Source of the DNA: Myxococcota bacterium
Lineage (GTDB): Bacteria; Myxococcota_A; UBA9160; JAFDDA01
Reading direction: 5' to 3'
Length of the DNA: 64,000 bases
NCBI GenBank assembly: GCA_965228475.1
Contig: OZ245817.1
Location: 3,552,001 to 3,616,000, forward strand
Under the pieces are notes generated by a model. That model was given only the letters and a program-made list of their open reading frames with translations. It was not told the DNA's origin and did not search any database. This document shows, piece after piece, positions 28,649 through 38,809 of this stretch. The position numbers and the translations under genes are program-made. Position 1 is the stretch's first letter. Each line of letters starts with the position of its first letter.

Positions 28649-30085
28649 ATGACTCCCGAGCACCAGCCCGAAGACCTCCTCACCCCGCGCCAGCTCGAAG
28701 TCCTCGAGCTCGTCTCGAAGGGGCTCACCAACCGCGAGATCGCGGACGTGCTCGGCATCGCCATGGGAACCGCGAAGGCCCACGTCGCCGCCGTGCTCGG
28801 CGCCCTCGAGGTCTCGAACCGGACCGAGGCGATCGGCCTGCTGCGCGACAGCGAGGCCGGCGGGCGCGGCGCGGAAGAGCCCCGCCACGGCTTCCTCGAG
28901 CGCCCCGCCCTCGCCGTCCTCCCCTTCGACTGCATGGGAAACGAAGACGACACGCCGATCGCAGACGGCCTCGTCGAAGACCTCACGACGGCGCTCTCGG
29001 CCTGGCGCTGGTTCCCGGTGATCTCGCGCAACTCGACCTTCACCTTCAAGGGCACCGGCGTCGACGTGCGCAAGGTGAGCCGGGAGCTCGGCGCGCGCTA
29101 CGTCCTCGAGGGCAGCCTGCGCCGCGAGGGCAACCGCCTGCGCGTGAACGTGAAGCTCCTCGACGGCCCGAGCGGGCACCACCACTGGGCCGGGCGCTAC
29201 GACCGCACCTTCGACGACCTGTTCGCCGTGCTCGACGAGATGGTCGGCGACATCGTGCGCGTGCTCGAGCCCGCGCTCTCCCAGGTCGAACGCCTGCGCG
29301 CCCTGCGCAAGCCGCCCGAGAACCTCACGGCTTGGGAGATCTTCCAGCGCGGCCTCCACGTCCTGTGGCGCCAGAAGGTCGAGGACCCGCGCGTGGCCGG
29401 CGCGCTGTTCCGGCAGGCGCTCGAGGCGGCGCCCGAGAACTCCGCCGCCTGGGCCGCGCTCGGGATGAGCCAGCTCATGTGGGCGATCTGGGGAGAAGGC
29501 GCGAACCCCTTCGAGGAGCTCGCCGCGGCCGAGAAGTCCGGCGCGCGGGGCGTCGCCTGCGATCCGATGGACGCGACGGCGCACCTGACCCTCGGCGCGG
29601 CCCTCGGCATCCAGCGTCGGCTCGAGGAAGCCGCCGTCCCGACCCAGCAGGCCGTCGACCTGAACCCGAGCTACGCCCTGGCCCGCTTCGCGCGCGGGAT
29701 CGGACACCTCCAGCCGGGCTACGAGCACGAGGGCATCGAGCAGCTCGAGATGGCGATCCGCCTCTCGCCCCTCGATCCGATGCGGCACCACTTCCACGGC
29801 GTCCTGGCGGCGGCGCACCTCTGGGTCGGCGAGCACGAGCGCGCACTCGAGCACGCGCGGACGAGCATGGCCGCGCAGCCGAGCGAGGCGCTCTCCTACG
29901 CGCCGACCCTCGCCTCCGCCCTCGGCTATCTCGGCCAGCTCGAGGAGGCACGCGCGGTGCGCGACGAGATCCTCGCGGCGGCGCCGGACTTCAGCCTCGC
30001 CGCCTCGCGCTTCCTCGCGGCGGACGGCCTGGTCGACGCGGTCGGCGAGGGGCTGCGCCGGTTCGGCTGGGAGGTACCGGGCTGA
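28649..30085 (+). CDS. LuxR-HTH / TolB-N-like / TPR transcriptional regulator
   Basis: LTPRQLEVL..GLTNREIA; PALAVLPF...VISRNSTFTFKG...ELGARYVLEGS; TPRs. Confidence 0.85.
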   Translation: MTPEHQPEDLLTPRQLEVLELVSKGLTNREIADVLGIAMGTAKAHVAAVLGALEVSNRTEAIGLLRDSEAGGRGAEEPRHGFLERPALAVLPFDCMGNEDDTPIADGLVEDLTTALSAWRWFPVISRNSTFTFKGTGVDVRKVSRELGARYVLEGSLRREGNRLRVNVKLLDGPSGHHHWAGRYDRTFDDLFAVLDEMVGDIVRVLEPALSQVERLRALRKPPENLTAWEIFQRGLHVLWRQKVEDPRVAGALFRQALEAAPENSAAWAALGMSQLMWAIWGEGANPFEELAAAEKSGARGVACDPMDATAHLTLGAALGIQRRLEEAAVPTQQAVDLNPSYALARFARGIGHLQPGYEHEGIEQLEMAIRLSPLDPMRHHFHGVLAAAHLWVGEHERALEHARTSMAAQPSEALSYAPTLASALGYLGQLEEARAVRDEILAAAPDFSLAASRFLAADGLVDAVGEGLRRFGWEVPG

Positions 30086-30867
30086 TGCGCGATCCGCGGG
30101 AGGCTTACGACCTCGCCGGAAGCACCGCGGTCGTGACGGGCGCGGCCAGCGCCATGGGCGTCGCCACGGCGCGCATGCTCGCGGCGGTGGGCGCGCGCGT
30201 CGTGCTGGGCGACCGGGACGAGGCGCGGCTCGCCGAGGCGGCGGAGGACGTGCCCGGTGCGGTCGCCCGGGCGTGCGACGTGGTCGACTCGGCTTCGGTG
30301 GAGGCGCTCTTCGACGCTGCGGGCGAGCGGGTCGACGTCGTCGTGAACGTGGCCGGCGTGATCGGCCAGGGCGAGGTCGCAGAGACGAGCGACGCGGAGC
30401 TCGCGCGCGTGCTCGACGTGAACGCCAGGGGCACCTTCCTCTGCTGCCGCGCGGCGGTGCAGCGGATGATCCCGCGCGGCGCCGGAACCCTCGTGAACGT
30501 GGCCTCGAGCGGCGCGTACGGAGCCCTGCCCGGCCTCGCGACCTACGGCATGTCGAAGGCCGCGGTCGTCTCGCTCACGCGCTCGCTCGCCGCGGAGGTC
30601 GGACGCCACGGCATCCGCGTGAACGCCGTCGCGCCGGGCTACGTCGAGGGCGGCATGAGCACGATCCGCGCCCGGCGGCCCGACGGCAGCCTCGACGAAG
30701 CGGCGATGGAAGCGATCCGCGGCCAGACCCGGCGCCGCGTCCCGCTCGGCCGGCTCTCGGAGCCCGAAGACGTGGCCCAGGCCATCCTCTACCTCGCCAC
30801 GGACGCCTCGCGCACGACGACCGGCCAGGTACTTCACCCGAACGGCGGGAGGCCGATGGTGTCCTAG
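30085..30867 (+). CDS. SDR family oxidoreductase
   Basis: VTGAASAMG, VNVAG, YGMSK, IRVNAVAPG; TGATG overlap at 30085. Confidence 0.9.
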   Translation: MRDPREAYDLAGSTAVVTGAASAMGVATARMLAAVGARVVLGDRDEARLAEAAEDVPGAVARACDVVDSASVEALFDAAGERVDVVVNVAGVIGQGEVAETSDAELARVLDVNARGTFLCCRAAVQRMIPRGAGTLVNVASSGAYGALPGLATYGMSKAAVVSLTRSLAAEVGRHGIRVNAVAPGYVEGGMSTIRARRPDGSLDEAAMEAIRGQTRRRVPLGRLSEPEDVAQAILYLATDASRTTTGQVLHPNGGRPMVS

Positions 30868-30907
30868 GGAGCCCGACGGCGCCCCGGGGAGTGTTAGGGT
30901 CTTCGCC

Positions 30908-32455
30908 ATGAGCTGGAAGCCCGAGAGCGACGAGATCGAACGGCGGCGCCAGGCCGCCCTCGAACACGGCGGTGCGGAAGCCGTCGCCAAGCAGCACGGG
31001 CGCGGCCGGCTCGCCGCGCGCGAACGCATCGCCGCCCTGCTCGACGAAGGCAGCTTCCGCGAACAGGGCCAGATCGCCGGTCAGGCCGACGAAGCGGGCC
31101 GCTTCACGCCGGCGAACGTCGTGCTCGGCAGCGGGCGCATCGGCGACCGGCCCGTCGTGGTCTGCGCCGACGACTTCACGATCCGCGGCGCCGCCTACTC
31201 GGCCGTCGGCCTGAAGAAGGGCCTCTACGCCGACGAACTCGCGATCCGCCGCCGGCTGCCGCTGGTCCGCCTGCTCGAAGGCGGGGGCGCCTCGGTGGCC
31301 GGAACGTCCGGGCAGAAGGGCCGCTCGGGCTACGACATGACGGCGCCGCCCGCCCTGAACCTGCTCGCGCTCGAAGCCATGGCGACGGTCCCGGTCGTGT
31401 GCGCCGCCCTCGGGCCGGTCGCGGGCTTCCCGGCGGCGCGGCTCGTCGCATCGCACTGTTCGATCATGACCCGCGAGACCGCGCAGATCCTGACCGGCGG
31501 CCCGGCGCTCGTCGAGCGCGCCCTCGGGGAGAACCTCAGCAAAGAAGAACTCGGCGGCGCGGCCGTCCACCTGGCGAGCGGCGTCGCCGACCGCGTGGCC
31601 GAGGACGAAGAGGACGTCTGGCGCCAGATCCAGGCGTTCCTGGGCTACCTGCCGAGCAGCGTCTTCGAAGCTCCGCCCGTCGCGGCCTGCGACGACCCGG
31701 CCGGGCGGGCCGAGGAGGAGCTCCTCTCGATCGTCCCGCGCAACCGGCGGCGCGCGTACAAGATGCGGCGGCTGCTCGAGCTCGTGGTCGACGCGGGCTC
31801 CCTCTTCGAGCTGCAGACGGGCTACGGCCGCAGCCAGATCACCGCGCTCGCGCGCCTCGACGGACACCCGGTCGGCATCCTCGCCAACGATTGCCACCGC
31901 GAGGGCGGCGCCATGACCGCCGACGGCGCCCGCAAGGTCCGCCGCTTCGCCGAGCTGTGCGACGCCTTCCACGTGCCCGTGGTCTCCTTCGTCGACGAGC
32001 CGGGCTTCATGATCGGGAGCGCGGCCGAGCAGGCCGGGACGATCCGCGCCGGCATGAACGCGATGTTTGCGGTCCTCCAGACCGAGGTGCCGTGGTTCGC
32101 CGTCGTCGTCCGCAAGTGCTTCGGCGTCGCCGCCGGCATCCACCTCGGGCCCGGCGCCACCACCGTGGCATGGCCTTCGGCGGAGAGCGGCGCCCTGCCG
32201 GTGGAGAGCGGCGTGGCCCTCGCCTACCGGCGGGAGATCGAGGCGGCCGAGGACCCGGAGGCGCGCCGCCGGGAGCTCGAGGAAGAGATCGCCGCCGCGC
32301 AGTCCGCCTTCCCGCGCGCCGAGGACTTCGGCGTGCACGACCTCATCGACCCGCGCGAAACGCGCCCCCGCCTGTGCGACTGGGTCCGCGAGGTGCAGCC
32401 GAGCCTCGCAACCCTCGCCGGCGCCGCCCCCCGCCGCTACACGCTCCGCCCCTAG
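30908..32455 (+). CDS. Acyl-CoA carboxylase carboxyltransferase (beta) subunit
   Basis: DDFTIRGA, KEELGGA, FVDEPGFMIG, LIDPRETR. Confidence 0.9.
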   Translation: MSWKPESDEIERRRQAALEHGGAEAVAKQHGRGRLAARERIAALLDEGSFREQGQIAGQADEAGRFTPANVVLGSGRIGDRPVVVCADDFTIRGAAYSAVGLKKGLYADELAIRRRLPLVRLLEGGGASVAGTSGQKGRSGYDMTAPPALNLLALEAMATVPVVCAALGPVAGFPAARLVASHCSIMTRETAQILTGGPALVERALGENLSKEELGGAAVHLASGVADRVAEDEEDVWRQIQAFLGYLPSSVFEAPPVAACDDPAGRAEEELLSIVPRNRRRAYKMRRLLELVVDAGSLFELQTGYGRSQITALARLDGHPVGILANDCHREGGAMTADGARKVRRFAELCDAFHVPVVSFVDEPGFMIGSAAEQAGTIRAGMNAMFAVLQTEVPWFAVVVRKCFGVAAGIHLGPGATTVAWPSAESGALPVESGVALAYRREIEAAEDPEARRRELEEEIAAAQSAFPRAEDFGVHDLIDPRETRPRLCDWVREVQPSLATLAGAAPRRYTLRP

Positions 32456-34431
32456 CGCGTGACGATCGGGAACTCCGGGTCGAAGTCGTCGAGCAGCGAG
32501 AAGAACCCGATCAGCGCGAGGCGGCTTCCGTCGACGTCGATGTCGCCGGCGAGAAGCCGGCTGCGGAGCGTGGTCTCGCGCGTGACGATAGCGTCCCAGG
32601 TGGCGCGGGAAAGCTTGAGCGTGGCATCCGCGTCGTCGCGCGCGGGGCGTTGCTGGTGGTGGAGGACGCCGTTCTCGAGCCACAGCACGTGGTTCTCCTC
32701 CCGGTCCGTGAACTGGAAGTTCAACACGACCTCCTCCTTCGCCGCCTCCGGCCCGTTCAAGCGCACCGCCAGGGCATCGAAGAAGAGATCGCTCGGCATC
32801 GCGGAGACGATGTCCGAGGAGCCGGTCGTCTCGAAGGGCAAGGGGGACATGCCCTCGCGCAGCTCCTTCGAACCCGTGAGGTAGAAGGCTCGCCAGGGCC
32901 CGGACTCCGCCTGATAGCCGAGCTGGTCGTAGGCCGCCGCGAGCAGCTCGCGCGCCGGCATGAACTCGGGCTCGGCGAACACCAGATGGTTCAGGACCAT
33001 GGCGACGAAGCGGTACTCGCCGGCGTCGTAGCTCTTCTGGGCCTTCTCGAGGAGCGCGTCGCGCCCGCCCATGAACTCGACGTAGCGCGGCCCGGCCTCC
33101 TCGGGCGGAAGCGGATCCAGGTTGGCCGGGTTCCCGTCGAACCAGCCGAAGTAGTGCTGGTAGACCGCCTTCGCGTTGTGCCGGACCGTCCCGTAGTAGC
33201 CGCGCACGGCGAAGGTCCGCGCGAGGCTCTCGGGCAGCTCGATCGTCTCGGCGATCTCGCGCGAAGTCAGGCCGTGATTCGCGAGCCGCAGCGTCTGGTC
33301 GTGGATGTACTTGTAGACGTCGCGCTGCTTCTTCAGGTAGTCGACGATCTCGGCGTTGCCCCAGGTCGGCCAGTGATGGCTCGCGAAGAGGATCTCCGCC
33401 TCACCCCCGAACAGGTCGAGGGTCTCCTGGATGTAGTTGCTCCAGAGAAGCGCATCGCGGACCTTCGCGCCGCGCAGCGTGTAGACGTTGTGCAGCACGT
33501 GGGAGACGTTCTCGGCGCCGCACAGGGCCTTGCGGTCCGGCAGCCAGATCATCATCTCCGCCGGCGCTTCCGCTCCCGGCGTGTTCTGGAAGACCATGCG
33601 GACGCCGTCCACCGTGATCTCGGTCGGCGTCGCATCGACCGTGCGATTGGGTGCACGCATCGTGAAGGAGCCCGGGGTCGACGCCTTGCCGAGCCCGGAA
33701 TCCACGTGCCCGCGTTCGCCGCGGTGGAGCAGGAAGCCGAACATGTAGCTGGCGCGCCGCGACATCGCGGTCCCGGCCAGGACGTTCTCCGAGACCGCTT
33801 CGACGACGAACCCCTCGGGCGCGATCACCGGGATCTCCCGGGCCCGCTCGATCGAGACCATCCCGCCGGCCCCGCCGAAGTGATCGATGTGGCTGTGCGT
33901 GTAGATCATCCCGGTGATCGGGCGCTCGCCGAGGTGCTGGGTGACGAGGCCGAGCGCCGCCTCGGCGGTCTCCTTCGTCATGCCGGGGTCGATCACGATC
34001 CAGCCGCCCGCGCCGGCGACGAAGGTCATGTTCGCGAGGTCGTAGCCGCGGACCTGGTAGATCCCCTCGGCCACTTCGAACAGGCCGTGGATCCCGTTGA
34101 GTTGGGCCTGGCGCCAGAGGCTCGGGTTCACGCTCGGCGGCGCGTCGCCCTCGATGAAGGCGAAGCGCTCGAGGTTCCAGACCTCGCGGCCCTCGGCGTC
34201 GAGGATGACGGGCTTCTCGAGCGCGCCGAGGAATCCGCGCTTCGCCGCGGCGAAGTCGGCCTCGTCCTCGAAGGGAAGTTCGTTGAGAACGGCGGCGTTG
34301 GCGCGCGCGGTCGTGGCGCTCGGTGCGACGTGCCCGCTGGTCTCGTCGCTCGCCTCCGGGAGCGGCGCGTCGTCGCCACAGGCGAACGCCAGCGCGGCCA
34401 GCAGGAGCGCCGCTGCGCGGGGAAGGGTCAT
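32452..34431 (-). CDS. Alkyl sulfatase (SdsA1/BDS1-like MBL fold with SCP2-like C-terminus), lipoprotein
   Basis: Lipobox AFAC; YQVRGYDLANM, THSHIDHFGG, SHHWPTWG. Confidence 0.9.
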   Translation of the reverse strand: MTLPRAAALLLAALAFACGDDAPLPEASDETSGHVAPSATTARANAAVLNELPFEDEADFAAAKRGFLGALEKPVILDAEGREVWNLERFAFIEGDAPPSVNPSLWRQAQLNGIHGLFEVAEGIYQVRGYDLANMTFVAGAGGWIVIDPGMTKETAEAALGLVTQHLGERPITGMIYTHSHIDHFGGAGGMVSIERAREIPVIAPEGFVVEAVSENVLAGTAMSRRASYMFGFLLHRGERGHVDSGLGKASTPGSFTMRAPNRTVDATPTEITVDGVRMVFQNTPGAEAPAEMMIWLPDRKALCGAENVSHVLHNVYTLRGAKVRDALLWSNYIQETLDLFGGEAEILFASHHWPTWGNAEIVDYLKKQRDVYKYIHDQTLRLANHGLTSREIAETIELPESLARTFAVRGYYGTVRHNAKAVYQHYFGWFDGNPANLDPLPPEEAGPRYVEFMGGRDALLEKAQKSYDAGEYRFVAMVLNHLVFAEPEFMPARELLAAAYDQLGYQAESGPWRAFYLTGSKELREGMSPLPFETTGSSDIVSAMPSDLFFDALAVRLNGPEAAKEEVVLNFQFTDREENHVLWLENGVLHHQQRPARDDADATLKLSRATWDAIVTRETTLRSRLLAGDIDVDGSRLALIGFFSLLDDFDPEFPIVTR

Positions 34432-34440
34432 CTCGTCCTC

Positions 34441-35223
34441 CTAGCGATTCCGGTACTTGGGGTCGCGGTCTTCGGCGCGGGCCGCCTTCATCTCCGCGTA
34501 GTCCTCGGAGGCAAAGACCATCGACTGCGTCACGGCCTCCTCCTCGATGGAGCGCTTCACCAGCGGATGCCCCATGCGGCCGAGCGTGCGGCGGAACATC
34601 TTCACGGTGAAGGCGGGCGCGGCCGCGATGGCGTGGGCCATCTCCATGGCGGTGGTGTCGAGCTCTGCATCGGGGACGACGCGTGAGACGATGCCGTGGC
34701 GGAGCGCCTCCTCCGCGCCGAGCGGGCGGCCGGTCAGCGCGAGGTCCGCGACGAGGCCGTGCCCCGCCATCTGGAAGAGCCGCGCCGTGCCGCCGGTGTC
34801 CGGAACCACGCCGTGCTTCACCTCGGGAAGCATCATGCGCGCGCTCTCGGCCGCGATGCGGATGTCGCAGAGCAGCGCCCGCTCGAAGGAGCCGCCGATC
34901 GTCCAGCCCTTCATGGCGACGAGGATCGGCGCCGGGCAGCTGAAGAACCGCTGGGTGCCGCGATGGCCGCGCTCGATGAAGTCGAAGTCGCTGATGTCTT
35001 CGGTACGGACGCCGAGTTCGCTGGTGTCGCGGCCCGAGGAGAAGGACTTCCCCTCTCCGCGCCAGACGACGGCGCGCACGCCGGGCGTTTCGTGGATCTC
35101 CGCGAGCACCTCCCAGAGCCGCGTATCCATCTCGTCGTTGGCCGCGTTGTGCTTGTCCGGGCGGTTGTTCGTCATGACGGCGACGGGGCCGTCGAACTCG
35201 AGCAGGATGGTGTCGCTTGCCAA
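34441..35223 (-). CDS. Enoyl-CoA hydratase/isomerase family protein
   Basis: NRPDKHNA, FSSGRD, IGGSFE, LPEVKHG. Confidence 0.9.
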   Translation of the reverse strand: MASDTILLEFDGPVAVMTNNRPDKHNAANDEMDTRLWEVLAEIHETPGVRAVVWRGEGKSFSSGRDTSELGVRTEDISDFDFIERGHRGTQRFFSCPAPILVAMKGWTIGGSFERALLCDIRIAAESARMMLPEVKHGVVPDTGGTARLFQMAGHGLVADLALTGRPLGAEEALRHGIVSRVVPDAELDTTAMEMAHAIAAAPAFTVKMFRRTLGRMGHPLVKRSIEEEAVTQSMVFASEDYAEMKAARAEDRDPKYRNR

Positions 35224-35244
35224 CGTCTCTCCCTTGAAACGGAA

Positions 35245-35273
35245 CCGGGGCGGCCCTCGCCAGGCCGCCCCGG
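35245..35273 (-). terminator. Probable intrinsic terminator after the TRL-like gene
   Basis: 11-bp stem CCGGGGCGGCC/GGCCGCCCCGG with 7-nt loop, followed on the minus strand by TTCCGTTT. Confidence 0.55.
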
Positions 35274-35281
35274 CCTTGGGT

Positions 35282-35596
35282 CTAGTCGCCCCGAACGATC
35301 GTGCAGAACGTCCCGACGATGCCGAGGAAGTTCGTCGACTGATGTTCGATGGTCTTCACGTTCGAGATGCCGCCGTTCGCCGCGGCCGCGCTGATGCTCG
35401 CGTCGCCGGTGGCGATCATGCTCAGGAACGAGCTGGCGCAGGCCTCGCCGCGCTTCGAACCGAGCGAGCCTTCGGCGTCGATCGGCCCCTTCACGTTGGT
35501 GTAGAGCGTGCCGATGGCCGGCGACGCCACGGCCATGCATCCGGCGAGCGGCAGGCTGACGGCCAGGATCAGGGCGAGCTGAGCGATCTTCTTCAT
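35282..35596 (-). CDS. TRL-like family lipoprotein
   Basis: Lipobox LAGC; GSKRGEACASSFLSMIATGDASISAAAANGGI...CTIVRG. Confidence 0.8.
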   Translation of the reverse strand: MKKIAQLALILAVSLPLAGCMAVASPAIGTLYTNVKGPIDAEGSLGSKRGEACASSFLSMIATGDASISAAAANGGISNVKTIEHQSTNFLGIVGTFCTIVRGD

Positions 35597-35677
35597 GATT
35601 CCCTCCATGTCCGGCACGATCCGTCGCACCGGGCCCAAAAGGGTAGAGAGTTGCTCAACGGCCGCATGTGAGCGGGG

Positions 35678-36499
35678 TCACCGCCCACGGAACACCGGCG
35701 CGCGCTTCTCGGCGAAGGCTGCGACGGCCTCGAGGTAGTCCTCGCTCGTCGCGCCTTCGACCATGCGTTCAGCTTCCACGTCGAGACAGCTCGCGAGACT
35801 TTCTGTCAGCGCGCGGTTCAGATTGTCCTTCATGAAGCGCAGGGCGATGGGTGGCCCGGCGGCGATCTTGCGCGCCCAGGCGAAGGCTTCCTCCGAAAGC
35901 GCCTCGTCCGGAACGACTCGGTTCACGATGCCGAGACGCTCGCACTCCGCGGCCGCGACCCGATCCGCCGTGTAGAAGAGCTCCCGCGCCCGGGCCGGCC
36001 CCGCGAGCTGGGTGAGAAACCAGGCGGCGCCATAGTCCCCCGAGAGCCCGAGCCGCACGTAGGAGGTGGTGATGAAGGCCGACTCGGCCGCGATCCGCAG
36101 GTCCGCGGCCAGCGCGATGCCGAGCCCGGCGCCGGCCGCCGCACCGGGCAACGCCACGATCGTCGGCTTCTCCATCGTGTGGAGGAGCCAGGGGATGCCG
36201 TGCTCCTCCCGCAGCTTCGCCACCCGCTCGGCCGGCGACGGCGGCTTGCCCTCACTCTTCATGCGCTTGGTGTCGCCGCCCGCGCAGAACGCGCTGCCCG
36301 CACCGGTCAGGAGGACGCAGCCGACGCCCTCGTCGGCCCGGGCCGCACCGAGCACCGCGAGCAGGGCGTCCTTCATCTCCCAGGTGAGCGCGTTCTTCGC
36401 TTCGGGGCGGTCGAGGGTCACCACGGCGACGCGCTCTTCCACGCGGGCGGTGATCTGGTCGCTGCCGGTCTCGAGCGGGCGGGCCGCGCTTGAACGCAA
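35678..36499 (-). CDS. Enoyl-CoA hydratase/isomerase family protein
   Basis: LDRPEAKNAL, FCAGGD, AAGAGLGIALAADLR; TTG start after GGAGG. Confidence 0.9.
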   Translation of the reverse strand: MRSSAARPLETGSDQITARVEERVAVVTLDRPEAKNALTWEMKDALLAVLGAARADEGVGCVLLTGAGSAFCAGGDTKRMKSEGKPPSPAERVAKLREEHGIPWLLHTMEKPTIVALPGAAAGAGLGIALAADLRIAAESAFITTSYVRLGLSGDYGAAWFLTQLAGPARARELFYTADRVAAAECERLGIVNRVVPDEALSEEAFAWARKIAAGPPIALRFMKDNLNRALTESLASCLDVEAERMVEGATSEDYLEAVAAFAEKRAPVFRGR

Positions 36500-36607
36500 G
36501 GGATCCTCCGGGGCCCGGCCCGATGCCGGGGCCCTGCGAGGGCACAGCCTATCACCCCGGGCGCCCATGCTACCGTGCGCGCGGGTTCCGATTCTCGAGG
36601 AGAAGGC

Positions 36608-37486
36608 ATGGGCTTGCCCGAACCGCCGGCGCTCGGCGCGGCCGCGCTCCCGGAGGGGACGTTCGCCGGCCGGGTCGTGCTCGTGACCGGGGGCGGAACC
36701 GGCCTCGGAAAGGCCATGGCCGTCGAATTCGCGCGCCTCGGCGCCGCCGTGGCCATCGTCTCCCGCAAGGAAGAGCACCGCAGGGCCGGCGTGGCCGCGG
36801 TCGAAGCGGTGGGCGCCCGGGCCATGGACACGGCCTGCGACATCCGGGACCCGGAGGCCATCGCCGCGAGCTTCGACGCCGTCGAAGCCGAGCTCGGCCG
36901 GCCCGACGTGCTCGTGAACAACGCCGCGGGGAACTTCCCCGTCCCCGCCGAGGACATGAGCCCGAACGCCTGGCGCGCGGTCGTCGACATCGTGCTGAAC
37001 GGGACGTTCTTCTGCTCGCGCGAGCTGGCGCGGCGGCACATCGCCGCCGGCAGTCCGGCCTCGATCGTGAACGTCGGCGCGGCCTACGCCTGGACGGGCG
37101 GCCCGGGCTTCGCCCACAGCGCGGCCGCCAAGGCCGGCGTGAAGAACCTCACCGAAACGCTCGCCGTCGAGTGGGCGCCCTACGGCATCCGCGTGAACGG
37201 CCTCGTGCCCGGCCTCTTCCCTCACGACGACGAGACCCACGCCATCCGCAGCGTGCCCGAGCGCCGCAAGAGCGACGCCCTGCGCTCGCCGGCGCACCGC
37301 GTCGGTCAGCCCCACGAGCTCGGCTGGGCGGCGACCTTCCTCGCCTCGCCCTTCGCCTCCTACGTCACCGGCCACACGCTCGTCGTCGACGGGGCGAACT
37401 GGCAGCGGCGCGCGATGCTGATGCCCGAGTTCACCCCCATCCGCGAGCAGCTCGGCAAGCCGCCCTTCACCCTGGACTCGGAGTAA
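36608..37486 (+). CDS. SDR, 2,4-dienoyl-CoA reductase-like
   Basis: TGGGTGLG, NNAAGNF, HSAAAKAG, AVEWAPYGIRVN. Confidence 0.85.
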   Translation: MGLPEPPALGAAALPEGTFAGRVVLVTGGGTGLGKAMAVEFARLGAAVAIVSRKEEHRRAGVAAVEAVGARAMDTACDIRDPEAIAASFDAVEAELGRPDVLVNNAAGNFPVPAEDMSPNAWRAVVDIVLNGTFFCSRELARRHIAAGSPASIVNVGAAYAWTGGPGFAHSAAAKAGVKNLTETLAVEWAPYGIRVNGLVPGLFPHDDETHAIRSVPERRKSDALRSPAHRVGQPHELGWAATFLASPFASYVTGHTLVVDGANWQRRAMLMPEFTPIREQLGKPPFTLDSE

Positions 37487-37490
37487 CCCG

Positions 37491-38108
37491 GTGGCCCTCG
37501 ACCTCGCCGAACTCGTCGCCCCGGGCCACACGGCCCTCGTCACCCAGGAGATCCAGCGCGGGGTCGTCGGGGATCTCTCGCAGCTCCCGGAACTCGCGGC
37601 CGCCGCGCAGCCGACCTTCCCGAACATCGCGCGGCTCGCGGAGGCGGCCCGCGCCGCGGGCGTCCCGGTCCTGCACTGCACGGCCGAGCGCCGCGCCGAC
37701 GGCCAGGGCGCCAACGCCAACGCCCGCATCTTCCAGTACATGGCGAAGGCGCCGGTCAAGCTCCTGCCGGGCTCCGAGGCCGCGGCGATCGTGCCCGAGG
37801 TCCCGGTCGCCGAGTCCGACGTCGTCGTGCCCCGGCTGCACGGCCTCTCCCCCTTCCAGGGGACCGAGCTCGACTTCCTGCTGCGCAACCTCGGCGTGCG
37901 CACGATCATCGGGACGGGCGTCTCGGTGAACGTCGCGATCACCAACCTGAGCCTCGACGGCGTCAACGCCGGCTATCAGATGGTGCTCCCGCGCGACGCC
38001 GTGGCGGGCTTCCCGGAGAGCTACGTCGAACAGGTCTTCCAGCACACCCTCGGCGCCGTCGCGACCGTGACGGACACCGAGGCGATCCTGCGAGCCTGGG
38101 AATCATGA
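37491..38108 (+). CDS. Isochorismatase/cysteine hydrolase family protein (catalytic Cys absent)
   Basis: TALVTQEIQ, ARAAGVPV, SPFQGTELDFLLRNLGV, GVSVNVAI, PRDAVAG. Confidence 0.8.
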   Translation: MALDLAELVAPGHTALVTQEIQRGVVGDLSQLPELAAAAQPTFPNIARLAEAARAAGVPVLHCTAERRADGQGANANARIFQYMAKAPVKLLPGSEAAAIVPEVPVAESDVVVPRLHGLSPFQGTELDFLLRNLGVRTIIGTGVSVNVAITNLSLDGVNAGYQMVLPRDAVAGFPESYVEQVFQHTLGAVATVTDTEAILRAWES

Positions 38109-38806
38109 GCGAGATCCCGATCGAACCGACGAACACTCCGGAGGTTCCGAAACCATCGGGCACGGTCGTGGCCGTGCGCGACGCCTCGGCCGGGCTCGAG
38201 GTGCTGCTGCTCCAGCGCGCGGTGCGCCCGGGCCAGGACGGCCAGGCGCCCTGGGTCTTCCCCGGCGGCAAGGTCGAACCCGCCGACAGCGAGCGCGGCG
38301 GCGGGCACGCGGAGCACGACGCCCGCCACGCCGCCGTCCGCGAAGCCGAGGAAGAGGCCGGCCTCGCCCTCGAGCCGAGCGGCCTCGTGACGATCTCACG
38401 CTGGATCACGCCCAAGGTGCGCGCCAAGCGCTTCGATACCTGGTTCTTCCTCGCGCGGGTCGCCGAGCACGCTCCGGTGACCGTGGACGGCCAGGAGATC
38501 GGCGACCACGCCTGGCTCCGGCCGGGAGACGCCATCGACCGCTACGAGGCGGGCCGCCTCTCGCTCGCGCCGCCCACCTTCGTGACCGTGAGCTGGCTGC
38601 TCGAGCACTCGGACACCGAGACCGCCGCGCGCCAGCTCGGCGAAGCCGACCTCATCACCTTCGAGCCGCGCATCCACGTCATCGAAGGCGGCGCCTGCAT
38701 CCTCTACCCGGGCGACGCCGGCTACGACGACGGCACCATCGAGCACGCCGGCCCGAAGCACCGCCTCTGGAGCGACGGGAAGAAGTTCCGCTACGAAAGG
38801 GCCTAG
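38105..38806 (+). CDS. NUDIX hydrolase (NUDT19-like)
   Basis: VFPGGKVE...AAVREAEEEAGL, WITP...RFDTWFF, APPT. Confidence 0.85.
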   Translation: MSEIPIEPTNTPEVPKPSGTVVAVRDASAGLEVLLLQRAVRPGQDGQAPWVFPGGKVEPADSERGGGHAEHDARHAAVREAEEEAGLALEPSGLVTISRWITPKVRAKRFDTWFFLARVAEHAPVTVDGQEIGDHAWLRPGDAIDRYEAGRLSLAPPTFVTVSWLLEHSDTETAARQLGEADLITFEPRIHVIEGGACILYPGDAGYDDGTIEHAGPKHRLWSDGKKFRYERA

Positions 38807-38809
38807 AGC

